A stretch of DNA of 33,288 nt from the NCBI GenBank assembly GCA_016618085.1, contig JABLTG010000196.1, forward strand, positions 1 to 33,288, in the 5' to 3' direction. Below the pieces are notes generated by a model. That model had not been told where the DNA came from and made no database searches. It was given only the letters and a program-made list of their open reading frames with translations. Source of the stretch: Neovahlkampfia damariscottae. Lineage: Eukaryota. Both the position numbers and the translations under genes were made by a program. Position 1 is the stretch's first letter; every line of letters starts with the position of its first letter. Positions 20,524 to 31,454 of this stretch are shown piece by piece.

Positions 20524-22824
20524 TCAAAGTTTTGATTTTTGAATATTTTTGATAAAATCTTTAATTGGAATGTTATGAAATGAATATGATATTCTATCAC
20601 TCAATCTTTGAGTCAACATTTCAACATTTTTTTCTTGGGAATTTTCATTAATGAAATTTTTCAATGAAATAGCTGGTAATGTGATCACTTGCAGTTCTGA
20701 GAAATTGAGATGTTTAATTTCAACAGGAATGATGGTTGCATTTGATAATCGATTATTATTGAATGAACTAATCAATAATTTCAAAATATCAAAATCTGGT
20801 TTTGTATCATCGTCATTCAATGAAAATTGAAAAGGAATTGAATTCTCCAACATTTGAGAAATATACTCTTCATAAATTGCTTGTTCCAATTCATCATCTT
20901 TCACTTCAGGTGGAAAAAAAGCTCCTAAAACTGATAAAAATTTCTTCATCAAATAAACATTTGATAGTCTTGTTCTTGGAATAGAAATACCATAAATCAA
21001 ACATATATAAGGAATAATCCAAAAATCACCATTTTGCTTTCTTGTAGGAAAATAAATAATTGGTCCATTGGCTTCATTTTCTGATAAATTTCTAATATTC
21101 ACACAATCATTTTCATCAACCAAAATTGATTTGTAATTTACATTCATGTATCTAATTAATAATCTTGATATCTCTTGTGTAAATTTTGAATTTGAAAATG
21201 AAGTATACATGAATTTCTTTACTTGTGAAAGATACTTTTGTAAAGTAACTGGAGATGTATCATTATCATGACTTATTTGCATTATTGATGAAACTAATGA
21301 ATGAATTCTTTTTGAATTGAAAACAGATTCTTGAATATTTTTTGGTTCTTTTTTGAAAATTGAGTATTTTGGAGCTAAAAATGAAGTTGTGATTAAATTT
21401 CTTGATGTAGGTTCTAAAATCTCTTCTTTCAGTATAAATGTTTGAATTCCATAAAGAAATGATTGTAAATATAATGTCCAGTTGATTAATTTTGGATCTG
21501 TAAAAAATATTTCATTCTCTTCTTGAGAAATATTTTTTCTCAAATAATCCAATGTTCTTGTATCAAAAATACAATCTTTTGAACAAAATGCGTCATATGC
21601 TTTTGCAATTTGATATGCTTTATTTTCTAAATTTGACATCATTTTTGAATTTTTTTGATAAGAACTGATAGGAATTGCACTTGAAACACCTGAAAATATT
21701 TTTGCAGGCAAAGAATAATTCAAAAAAAAATGATATTGAAAATTCAATGGATTATCATAAAATTTAAACCTTGGTTTGAAAAAACTCTGTTTTGGTACAT
21801 GACTATTCCAATACCAAAGCATTGTGTATTGAGCAACGCCCCAAACAACTGGATTTCTGCTTGAACTTCCAACATGTAAAACCTTCAATTTTTTGATATT
21901 TAGATGCTTTGAAACCACTAAGATGATTGAATTCACAACAAAATCAGCAGGAATAATATCAGCAACATTTTTCGGACTTCCTGGTGCAATTGAACAAACA
22001 CCAAGACCAGTTGAAATATAAACAGTACCTAATCCTGATAATGCATCAATATAACAAGGATATGGTTCATATAATGAGCAACCGACGATAGAAGGTCTTA
22101 TAATGACCAATGGAAAATTCTCTGGTCTGACTTGTTGTAATAAATTCTCAGTAAGTCTTTTGGTCAATGAATAAGTATTTGGATAATTAAATATTTGTAA
22201 ATATTCTTTTTCAATTTTTGTAATTTCCTCTTCATTGGTTAATGCGCATACTCGTTTACAAAAAGTTATAATATCTTCCTCATTGGGCAATTTCAAAGGA
22301 TAAATTTTTTCATCAACATAATCATAATGTGGAAAATTTGTATAACAAGTTGAAATTTGACAAAATAATTCAAAATTTGAGCAGGTTTTTGCAAAATTGA
22401 TCATTTTTAAAGTTCCAAAAACATTGGAGATGATAGCTCTATCTAATCTTTCATTAAAATGTAAAGTAGCAGCACTATGAATAATAATCTGTATTTCTTT
22501 CTTAATTTCTTCTGAAACTATATTTTCAAGTGGTTCAACATCATTTAAATCAGCCTCTATTGGTTTAACTTTTTCCTGAAAAAAACTTTCAAATTCTGAC
22601 TGTGTATATTTTTTTCTTAATCTTTCAAAACATCTTGAGTTCATAATTTCTTCTTTTAATCTTTCTTGTGGTGTTTTATTTTTTTTTTTTCGTATCAAAA
22701 TGTAAATTTTCTTCACACTAGGAAGTGAGTATAGAATTTTTTCAATGAGAATTTTTCCGATGAATCCTGTGCATCCTGTAAGAAAGAGGATTTTATTGTG
22801 AAATGCTTCAGTAACTGAAGACAT
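20524..22824 (-). CDS. Fatty acyl-CoA reductase fused to a degenerate acyltransferase (FARAT-like), PTS1 signal
   Basis: LTGCTGFIGK, YPNTYSLTK, IIRPSIV and a Sterile domain, then a GPAT/DHAPAT-like region (PIIYFPT...D, LGAFF). Ends in SKL. Confidence 0.85.
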   Translation of the reverse strand: MSSVTEAFHNKILFLTGCTGFIGKILIEKILYSLPSVKKIYILIRKKKNKTPQERLKEEIMNSRCFERLRKKYTQSEFESFFQEKVKPIEADLNDVEPLENIVSEEIKKEIQIIIHSAATLHFNERLDRAIISNVFGTLKMINFAKTCSNFELFCQISTCYTNFPHYDYVDEKIYPLKLPNEEDIITFCKRVCALTNEEEITKIEKEYLQIFNYPNTYSLTKRLTENLLQQVRPENFPLVIIRPSIVGCSLYEPYPCYIDALSGLGTVYISTGLGVCSIAPGSPKNVADIIPADFVVNSIILVVSKHLNIKKLKVLHVGSSSRNPVVWGVAQYTMLWYWNSHVPKQSFFKPRFKFYDNPLNFQYHFFLNYSLPAKIFSGVSSAIPISSYQKNSKMMSNLENKAYQIAKAYDAFCSKDCIFDTRTLDYLRKNISQEENEIFFTDPKLINWTLYLQSFLYGIQTFILKEEILEPTSRNLITTSFLAPKYSIFKKEPKNIQESVFNSKRIHSLVSSIMQISHDNDTSPVTLQKYLSQVKKFMYTSFSNSKFTQEISRLLIRYMNVNYKSILVDENDCVNIRNLSENEANGPIIYFPTRKQNGDFWIIPYICLIYGISIPRTRLSNVYLMKKFLSVLGAFFPPEVKDDELEQAIYEEYISQMLENSIPFQFSLNDDDTKPDFDILKLLISSFNNNRLSNATIIPVEIKHLNFSELQVITLPAISLKNFINENSQEKNVEMLTQRLSDRISYSFHNIPIKDFIKNIQKSKL

Positions 22825-22890
22825 TTTTCAAAATTGACCGTTCTATTTTAATTTGATTGGTCCAAAATTAAACAACAAAATTCCGACTTT

Positions 22891-23704
22891 TTAAATTATT
22901 TTTATTTTTTTTAGAATTTTAATGAGATTTTTAATTCCATGAAGATAATCTTCATCAATTGAACTTGATTCTTCTTGGTGAATTACGTGACAAAAGTCAA
23001 TCATTTTTAGGACGATTTGGTCATTTTTTAGTTGATGATTTTGACTTTCATAAATAAATAATAAAGAACTTGAAATGAATTTATATTCTTTTTGGTCATT
23101 TTCGAACAGATTTTCAATTTCTTTCAAAATTGTCAAAAATTTAGTGATAATGTTGGAATTTGCTTGTGAAAAGAATAATTTGAACGCATCTTCTAACTTA
23201 TCTTCAGTTATACTTCTACCAAAAAATTGATCATAATGAGTGTATTCTTCTTGTCCATTAAAAATCTAATCAAAAATTAAAATATGAATGTTAAATGACT
23301 TTCATGCCTGAAAAACGAAATCCAATCTCTTTTTGTTGTGGATACTTGCTAATTTCATATTCTATTTTTTCTTTTTTTGCTGTTGGTTCATAAGTTTTTC
23401 TCCCAATTTTTAAGTCTAAAATGCAAGGTTGTTCAAAATTGAATGTCAAATTTTCAAGTGTCAAGTATTCTTTATTTTTAGAAATAAAAACTAAAATACC
23501 TTCATTTTCAATCTCAAAAACACCAAAATATCTGGGTATGAATTTTACAATGTTTTCAATTTTTTTGACTTTTTCTTCATAGAAATTGAATTCTTTCTCT
23601 TCTTTTTTTTTATAAACAAAATCATCTTTGACTAATAAACCTAAATCTTTTTTTTTTTTTTTTGAACTGTGACCAGCCACTTGATGAGAGTATGTTTGGA
23701 ACAT
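22891..23704 (-). CDS. Inositol polyphosphate kinase (IPK/IPMK family)
   Basis: HQVAGH, LENLT, PCILDLKIG, SSLL and MIDF. Introns 23470-23499 and 23266-23299. Confidence 0.88.
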
Positions 23705-23748
23705 CAAAAAAAAATAATCCAATGAAAATGATTGAATTATTTTTCAGT

Positions 23749-25176
23749 TTACAATAAAGGTTTCAAATATTTTTGAATTTCTGACTTCAAATCAGGTTGT
23801 TCTTCCTCTGTTTCATCCTTTTTTAATTTGGATAAAATGGCCATCTCGTCCAAGATCATCAAATCTAATATTTCTTCTTTTCTTTGTTCTTCTTCCAAGT
23901 TTTCTTTTTTTTTCTTTTTTTTGTATGCCTGCATTCTTTTTATCCTAGACCTTTCAATTAACTCCCATTTCATAAATTCTTTAAAAATGTTCGTGTTAAA
24001 AAATAGTTTGTTTACCATCTCTAATTTTTTTTAATCTCAATCTCTCTTCTTCTTCTTTTCGAATTCTTTCCATTTTTATTTCATCTAATCTGATTTTTTC
24101 TTTTATTTTTTCCATTTCTGATTTGATTAATTCGAGCAATCCATTCAAAATGTCAATTCCTTGTTCCAGATGCTCAAAGTCTTCAAAAAGATACAAAGAT
24201 TGAACACCAAATTCTATTTGTTTTAAAAGCATCTCTATTTGTTTATTGATGTTTTTATCACAAAAAAATTCCAAAATTTCTTCTGATTTATCTTTTAAAT
24301 TCTCACGAATTTTTTGATATTTCATCAAATTTTCAACTTGCTTTTTTTTGGTTTCAATTTCAAGTTTTTTTAATTCTATTAATTTCTGTATATTCTCTTC
24401 TTCAGTTTCTTCCAGATTGTCCTCTATTTCTCCTTCTTCTTCAACGACCTCTTCACTAATCTCTTCCACATCCGAAATATCATCTTCTTCATCTGTATCC
24501 TCTTCTATCTTTCCAAATGCTTCTTCATTATCTTCATATATAATTTTTTTCTGATCCCATGAAATTTCATCAGCATCTATAAATTGAATAGATGGAAAAG
24601 CCATGATGATTTTCAATTGATATTCTTTATACAGTTTTGAATCATTTATAGGACAACATGGATTTCCCAACAATGACAAATGCAATAAATTAGGACAACA
24701 ATGTGATATTGTTTCTAATAATAAATCCAAATTTTCAATTCTGTTGTTGTTTAACCATAATCTCTCTAAAGCCATGCAAAGTGGAAATTCATTTTCAGAA
24801 ATTTCTTCAATGTCACAATTATCTGCATTAATAGTCTTCAGTCTTGATAAATCTTTTTTATCTAAAACAAATTCTAAATTCCTTTGTTAAACGTCAACAT
24901 TTTGTTAAAAAAAAATTACTTCACTTTTTGGTCAATATCTATGGACAGAATAAAATTGTCTTTATCTCTAACTTCTCGGATCCAATTTTTTGAAGATTTT
25001 TTATTGCTGGATTTCATTTTTAAATTATGTTTCAAAATTTCGTTTGTTTGTTTTGAAACATCAACAAAACCATCTGGTGTTTCTTCATCAAAAATTTCAT
25101 CTTCTTTTAAATATTTTTTTGTTTGTGGACTTGTTTCATAACTTGTTTTTTTCTTTAATAATCCTTGTAACCACAT
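23749..25176 (-). CDS. Leucine-rich repeat protein with acidic coiled-coil tail
   Basis: LERLWLNNNRI and LLHLSLLGNPCC with an LRR cap. Three ORFs can be joined by short introns near 24.9 and 24.0 kb. CCAATCA at 25206. Confidence 0.7.
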
Positions 25177-25305
25177 AACTATCAAAAAAATGTTTGTGAA
25201 ATCGACCAATCAGAATGATGATATAGATTAGAAGCCACAGATTCAGATTTGGCATTCAAAATTATTTTTATTCATAAAAAAAATTAATATTTTGTAATTG
25301 ACATT

Positions 25306-26460
25306 TTAACAGAATATGTTTGAAATGAAATTTCTCATGTTGATAATTCGTGAGTGTCCATGACTGGTTGCTTTTTTTGTTCCATTTTTGAATTGAAACA
25401 AAATCGGATGTACTAAATTATATGTGATCTTGACGTTGAAAACATCTTTTTTTGTTTGGTTTCTTGATATTTTAATTTCCATATAACGATTTAATTTCAT
25501 CGAAATCTGTTGAACATTACATCTGGTCGGTTCATTCTTTTCATCATAATTTATCGTGAAATCAATGATTTTTTTGAAGTTGTTATACAATTTAGTATTT
25601 AAAATATTTTCTTCAAACTGAGTTATCCCATTTAAAAATTCCTCTTTGAAAAACTGATCAAAATCAGTTTGAAATTTTTGGTGAAAAGAAATTATCCCTT
25701 AATCTGTTTGCATAAAATCTAATGTTGAATTTGGGTTTCCCATCGATGTATAAAGTATATATTTATCTTTAGAAGCCGAAAAAGATAAAATTTTAAATTG
25801 GGATTTTTGAAAAATGCAATACTGATGATCAAGAGATATTATCTCTCCAAATTGCAACTCACCTTCAAATATTTTTGCATTTATAGAAAATCTGAGATCA
25901 CCATTCTTAAATTTAAAATCACTTAAAAATGAAAATTTCAAAGAATTATTCTCTGAAGAGAAATAATCAAATATCTCTTTTGATGATGTTGAATCACAGA
26001 TACAAGCAATATTTAGACAATCAAAATCGAGTGAATAATAAGTATTGAATAATATATCATTCTTTTTCTTAATTCCTATTTTAGTAGTAGGGGGTATGAC
26101 TTTTTTCAGCGACTAAATTTTGGAATTCAAAGACTATAAAAATTCCAATACAGAACCAACCACCAATCGCAGCCAGAACCAAAGAAATTATAAAACAAAC
26201 CTCTGTGCGTTGATCAAAAGAACAGTTCAGGAAACCAACAAACAATATCAACCAACGTTTATAAATTAAACTTTCAAAATTTTGGAAATTGAATGTAGTT
26301 TCAAAGAATTTATAAATTCTGGGTTTATTTTAACAATTGGAATTTGAAAAATAAAATGAAGAAGTGTAGAATAAAGTTGTTGTGAAGAGATTGAATTAAT
26401 GTATTTTTAATTTCATTAGTGAAGGTAATTGTTTTGAAAATAACTTTTTTAAAACAGATG
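25306..26460 (-). CDS. Hypothetical multi-exon host gene (possible membrane protein); structure uncertain
   Basis: Open frames at 25306-25690 and 25699-26110, a hydrophobic stretch near 26130-26260 and CCAATCA at 26597. Start and splice sites are not resolved. Confidence 0.35.
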
Positions 26461-26626
26461 TTGGACTGAGTGAAAAAAGTAATGGGTTTGTACGATTTTG
26501 AATTATTTTTTTGGAAATTTGAGTATTGTAAAATTCCAGAAATAAATTTTTTTATTTTTTTTTTTTGAAAAGTCAACTCGAGTTTACCTTTTTTGACCAA
26601 TCAGATTTATTTGGCAATGAATTAAT

Positions 26627-27238
26627 TTATAATCCTAATTCGGATCTGCTGAAAACTTTACCATGCGTATCACTTGACGTTGGCGCCTCTAATTTATGAA
26701 CTAATTCGTAAACTATGCCAACGTCTAATGGTTCTGTTGATAATTCTAAGGTTTTTAATCTTGATTGAGAATTTAATACAGCGTTTATATCGTCATATAT
26801 TTTCTTATATTTTTTAACATATTTTTCGTATTTCTTTGGAAATTCCGTTTTCACTGGTTTATACATGTTATTCCTATTATTAATATAGTAATTAAATCCA
26901 TAGGAATGACATGAGAAAAATTGTTTTTGCTTTTGCTTTTCTCTATATTCTTCATAATCATAAATATCATTGATACTAGCTTCTTTAAGTTTATTAATTG
27001 AATGTTGTAATACTGGTTCAATGAAATTTTTTATTTTTTCTAAAATAGAACAAATACAATCTGTTACAGTATTAAACGCTTGGGAATATGTTGAACTAGA
27101 AACTGAACAATGATCCGATAAATATTCTAACATTATATGTGAATCACAATCCATTAAAAGATTTAATTCATTATGATTCACATATTCATAAATAGTTTTG
27201 GTTAATTTTTGAAGTTCATAGCGAGAAGCATTCATCAT
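26627..27238 (-). CDS. Viral hypothetical protein
   Basis: ATG at 27238 (MMNASR) behind a motif shared with the 28322 gene. Confidence 0.6.
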   Translation of the reverse strand: MMNASRYELQKLTKTIYEYVNHNELNLLMDCDSHIMLEYLSDHCSVSSSTYSQAFNTVTDCICSILEKIKNFIEPVLQHSINKLKEASINDIYDYEEYREKQKQKQFFSCHSYGFNYYINNRNNMYKPVKTEFPKKYEKYVKKYKKIYDDINAVLNSQSRLKTLELSTEPLDVGIVYELVHKLEAPTSSDTHGKVFSRSELGL

Positions 27239-27258
27239 TGAGATTCGCTTTTTTTTTG

Positions 27259-27296
27259 TATACCTTATAATTTCCAAGTCTTTAATTGAAATTCAA
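27259..27296 (-). promoter_or_regulatory. Viral upstream motif copy 1 (copy 2 at 28353-28389)
   Basis: Exact 21-bp TTGAATTTCAATTAAAGACTT followed by AAGGTATA, upstream of two minus-strand genes. Confidence 0.65.
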
Positions 27297-27340
27297 TGAC
27301 CAATTTTAAAAAACAAATAATTAATTTCCAGCCATCCTAT

Positions 27341-27748
27341 TTATTTGGATTTTTCATGTATTTTAATTTCATCAATTTGAAAATCTAGTTTATATGGCAA
27401 ATATTCACCTTTAAAGAATTCATCACGCAATTTAACAGCTAAATCCAACGAGTAAACACAATCTTTAAAATAAAATTCATTTTCATCAAAATCATAATAT
27501 TTACCAAAATTTGGATATATTTCATGAAGATCTTCGTTTGTATAACCATCCATTAAACTTTCAGTTAAAATAATTTTGATTTCTTTGTTTATTTTATTCA
27601 CTAAATATTCAACTAAGTCGTTATATGATTCGAATATCTCAGGTTTTTCGAGTTCTGCGCGTTTATCTTCTACATGATATTTATAATCATCATCATACCA
27701 TAAAATTGAGAGACACCAGAAGTTTGATTGGTTATTGTTTTTTTGCAT
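27341..27748 (-). CDS. Viral hypothetical acidic protein
   Basis: ORF of about 135 aa, co-oriented with its neighbours and intronless. Confidence 0.6.
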   Translation of the reverse strand: MQKNNNQSNFWCLSILWYDDDYKYHVEDKRAELEKPEIFESYNDLVEYLVNKINKEIKIILTESLMDGYTNEDLHEIYPNFGKYYDFDENEFYFKDCVYSLDLAVKLRDEFFKGEYLPYKLDFQIDEIKIHEKSK

Positions 27749-27794
27749 CACTATAATTTATACGATGCAATTTTAAATTAAAAAATTTTTTTAT

Positions 27795-28322
27795 TTATTT
27801 CATTTCAAGTAAAAACTTATGATCAACTAATAATTTATCAAACAACTGGTCACTAAATCTTTTGTCGCATAATGCTTCCAAATAAAAATCATATTCTGAA
27901 AAATCCCATTCATCACCTAAAAGCTCAGCTTTATAAAAGTCCAAAGCGTCTTCCGATTTTTTAAAATCTTCTATTTTATTTGAGCTCTCTCATCATTAAT
28001 AAAAAGAATAGAATGGTAATTTATCAAATTCATCATAATCGTCAGAATAATGCAAAACTCCATTCATTTTAATTTCACTTTCTTGTAATTGAAACTTCAT
28101 TTGTTCATATAATCTTTGTAAGTTTTGAGCAGCGGTGAAATTATCAAGTTCATTGTATTCAACTAACATTTTTGGATTTTCAATCCTTGTGTAATCAATA
28201 AGCATTCTTGGAATTTTACAATCTCTGAATTTAAATTGCATTACCCAAGGAAATATATGCTCAATTACAATTTCTGTTGGGATATCTTTCAAAGTTAATT
28301 GTGATTTTTGGAAAATGGACAT
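27795..28322 (-). pseudogene. Viral protein with F-box-like N-terminus, frameshifted
   Basis: LKDIPTEIVIEHIFPWV. The ORF stops at 27996, but another frame continues (KIEDFKKSEDALDFYK...LEMK*) to about 27795. Confidence 0.5.
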
Positions 28323-28466
28323 TTGTAGGTGTTTGTTTTTCGATTACTTTTTTATACCTTAGATTTTTAAGTCTTTAATTGAAATTCAACTATTGCAACA
28401 AAAATAAATAATAAATAATTAATTTTCAATTAAACTAATTAAAATATACTGATATATAAAACAACA

Positions 28467-28937
28467 ATGACAGAAGCAACAACCAAAAGAAAATACGTGA
28501 ATGAGTTCAATGATTCAAAAATATATAAAATATCTAATTCAATCAATTCAAAAGTTTATGTTGGAAGTACAACAAGAGATCTTCATGTTCGACTCATTGA
28601 ACACAGAAGTAAAGCAAAAAACAACAAATATACTTCTTCCATTATAATTAATGAAGATCCAAATAATTGTAAGATTGAATTGATTGAAGTTTATCCATGC
28701 AGTAATTTGTCAAGATTAAAAGCAAGAGAAGCTTATTGGTCAAAAAAATTAGATTCTGTTAATGCACATATTCCAAATAAATTAACTTTAGCAATGTGTG
28801 GTGGCTCATTAGAAGAGTGGTGTAGAAAATATAGAAATGAAGGATTTAAATGTCCGTGTGGTGGAAAATATACCAGAATAAATAAGACGAAGCATGAAAA
28901 AACTGACAAGCATCAAAAATATTTAAATCAACAATAA
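28467..28937 (+). CDS. GIY-YIG endonuclease with C-terminal Zn finger
   Basis: KIYKI...VYVGST...RLIEH...REAYW and FKCPCGG...KHEKTDKH. Confidence 0.88.
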   Translation: MTEATTKRKYVNEFNDSKIYKISNSINSKVYVGSTTRDLHVRLIEHRSKAKNNKYTSSIIINEDPNNCKIELIEVYPCSNLSRLKAREAYWSKKLDSVNAHIPNKLTLAMCGGSLEEWCRKYRNEGFKCPCGGKYTRINKTKHEKTDKHQKYLNQQ

Positions 28938-29698
28938 ATTATTGAACCTCCAAATTTATTTTTTTCCAATTTCAAAATCTCAGATTTTGAGGTTTCATTC
29001 ATCAATGCAGCACCATACAAAACATGATCAAAGAAACTTGCAATATCTGTAACTCCATTGATAAATTTTTGAACAACATTAGGCATAGAACTAACTAAAC
29101 TTTTTGCGTCTTGCATTACAAACTCTTCAATAACTGCGTTCATTAAATCACTTGCTTTGAACATATTGAATATGAAATGTTGGCAATTTGTTGAACCACC
29201 TCTATACAAAAACATTTCTTCAGCTCCAATTAATTCCAAACATCTTTCATGCATTGTATTTAAATTAAATGGAACAACATCCTTATAATTTGAAATGAAT
29301 AAACTTTTTGCTGATCGAAAATAATTTTTGTCAACAAATTGAATATTCAAAACTTGATTTTTTTCAAATAAAACATATTGATTTGTCGCCAATCTTGCAA
29401 TTCCAAATAAATGAAATAAATCATCATAATTCAATTCATCTTTTTTCTTTTGCCAGTTTCCGAATGAAATTATATTTAAAATTTTATCAAATGCTTTTTG
29501 AATAGGTTTTTTACAAATCCAAAGTTCAGTAATCAATAAATTTCCATGTTTTTGTAAAAATTCTCTGTAACTTGGCGGATAATTCAATCTAATCGGCGTT
29601 TTGATCAAATCTTTAATCCTTTGAAATAAATCAAAACTACCACCATAAATATTTATTTCATCACCATCTAAATAATAATCAAATTCTTCTGTTTCCAT
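28928..29698 (-). CDS. Viral permuted papain-like (PPPDE/LRAT-like) protein
   Basis: His in LFHLF precedes Y-x4-T-NCQHF, giving the His-before-Cys order. Confidence 0.6.
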   Translation of the reverse strand: METEEFDYYLDGDEINIYGGSFDLFQRIKDLIKTPIRLNYPPSYREFLQKHGNLLITELWICKKPIQKAFDKILNIISFGNWQKKKDELNYDDLFHLFGIARLATNQYVLFEKNQVLNIQFVDKNYFRSAKSLFISNYKDVVPFNLNTMHERCLELIGAEEMFLYRGGSTNCQHFIFNMFKASDLMNAVIEEFVMQDAKSLVSSMPNVVQKFINGVTDIASFFDHVLYGAALMNETSKSEILKLEKNKFGGSIIYC

Positions 29699-29752
29699 TT
29701 TATATTTTTACAGATAAAAAATTTAATTCACTTTAAAAATTTGTCCTCAAAA

Positions 29753-29959
29753 TTAATACTTTTGGCTTTCAATATATTTTTTATAACCTTCAGCTAATTT
29801 TTCAAATCCCTTCTTGTTGGTATAATCTTTTTCAACTTTACTTTGATTCAACTGAATGGATATATCTGGTTTTTTTGGTTCTTCTTTAACAAAAACATGA
29901 TCATAATTATACATTGAACTTTTTGATTTCTTTTTTGGTTTGCACTGAGATGGCTCCAT
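29753..29959 (-). CDS. Small basic viral protein
   Basis: 68 aa. Its ATG abuts the restored stop codon of the upstream gene. Confidence 0.55.
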   Translation of the reverse strand: MEPSQCKPKKKSKSSMYNYDHVFVKEEPKKPDISIQLNQSKVEKDYTNKKGFEKLAEGYKKYIESQKY

Positions 29960-31382
29960 TTATGAATAACCACCATTTTTTTGTTCGTTGTAAGCTTTTG
30001 CACCTTCTTTCATCATCGTCTTTGCATCAAATTTCCCAGCATTCTCCTTTCTGAATTCTTTCATAAACTCCAAAAAGGGGTTTGACCTTTTTGATGACGG
30101 ACTCCTTTTTCGCTGAAGATTGATTTAACTTTTTTGTTGGCTTTATTTGCATTTCAGTTACTCCAAAATCCGAGTTTTTAATCAAATCTAAGTTTTGTTC
30201 CAATGAAAATCCTAAACCTAAAACTTGTTGTTCATTCAATTGGATTTTACCTTTTGGTTTAGATTTCTTGATGGATTCAATATATTTTTCTTCGATTTGG
30301 TTAATCTTAGGTTTCGGTGATTTCACGGATATTTGACTGGATTTTTTTGCACTTTTTTTATTTCTAAACTTTTCCTTGAGAATTTCTGCAGCATCACTTA
30401 ATATTTTTTCTTTCTTTTCTTTTGCTGTAATTGCTTCTTCTCCTTGAATTCTATTTTTTAATCTATTGAACTCTTCTTGGATTTCTCTTTCTCGTTTTAA
30501 ATTTTCCAAATTTTGCGCCAGTTCTTTGACTTCTTTAGTTGCATTTTCTGGTGCTTTCAATCGATTAAGATTACTAAAATCAAATCCAAGAGTAATTGAT
30601 ATTTCCAACAAATCTTTTACACTCAATGAATCTAATTGTTCTTTTTTGAAACTTGGGAATGCTTTCATAATTTTGTCGATAATTTGAGCCTTCATTTCAG
30701 GGTTTTCAATCATTTTTTCAATCTCTTTTTTATCTTCAGGGTCTAATGGAAGTGGCATTGGTGAAAAATCGGCAATTTTACCTTTTTTTGGAGTTTTGCT
30801 TGGAGTACTAAATGGAGTTTGAAAAGGACTATCATCAGGTTTTTCTGCAACAATTCTGGACATTTCTTTAGCTCTATTCTCCAACTTACTATGTAGATCT
30901 ACTAAAACTCCCTTTTTTCCAAAATTACTTTCGAATTTTGCAATATAATCATTCAATGCATCCAATTTATCGACAGCCCTGTTATTTAAATTGGTATTGT
31001 CAAGTTTTTCTTTTGAAAGTTTGAATAGTTTTTTTATTTCTTCACGTTCTTTTTTTCCTTCTCTTTCCCCATAATTGAAATACCCTTTACCTTGTACATC
31101 GTCGTATTTTTCATCTAGAGATTTGTACTTTGAACCAAGTACATCTTTTAAATCATTATAATTCTCTCCGACGTCTCCACCCAAAGTATCCAATTCTTCA
31201 ACTATTTTGTCATGTAACTCTGTAATTTTTTCTAATAAATTTTTTCTTTCATCTACATCGGTTGCCTTATCATATTCTGTAATACTTCTGCTGAATTCAG
31301 CATAAAGATCTTGTATTTTTAAAAGATCATCTTCCCATACTTGAATTTTTTCAACAACTTCGTTTTTCAACAAGTCAGTCAT
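29960..31382 (-). pseudogene. Viral coiled-coil protein with frameshifted HMG-like tail
   Basis: 451-aa ORF. A shift near 30100 gives RSNPFLEFMKEFRKENAGKFDAKTMMKEGAKAYNEQKNGGYS, with TAA at 29960-29962. Confidence 0.6.
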
Positions 31383-31454
31383 TCTTATAACTTAAAAAAT
31401 AAAATAATTTAAATTAAAATGAAAATATTGATGAAGCGAGTAATTGCGAAGAAT

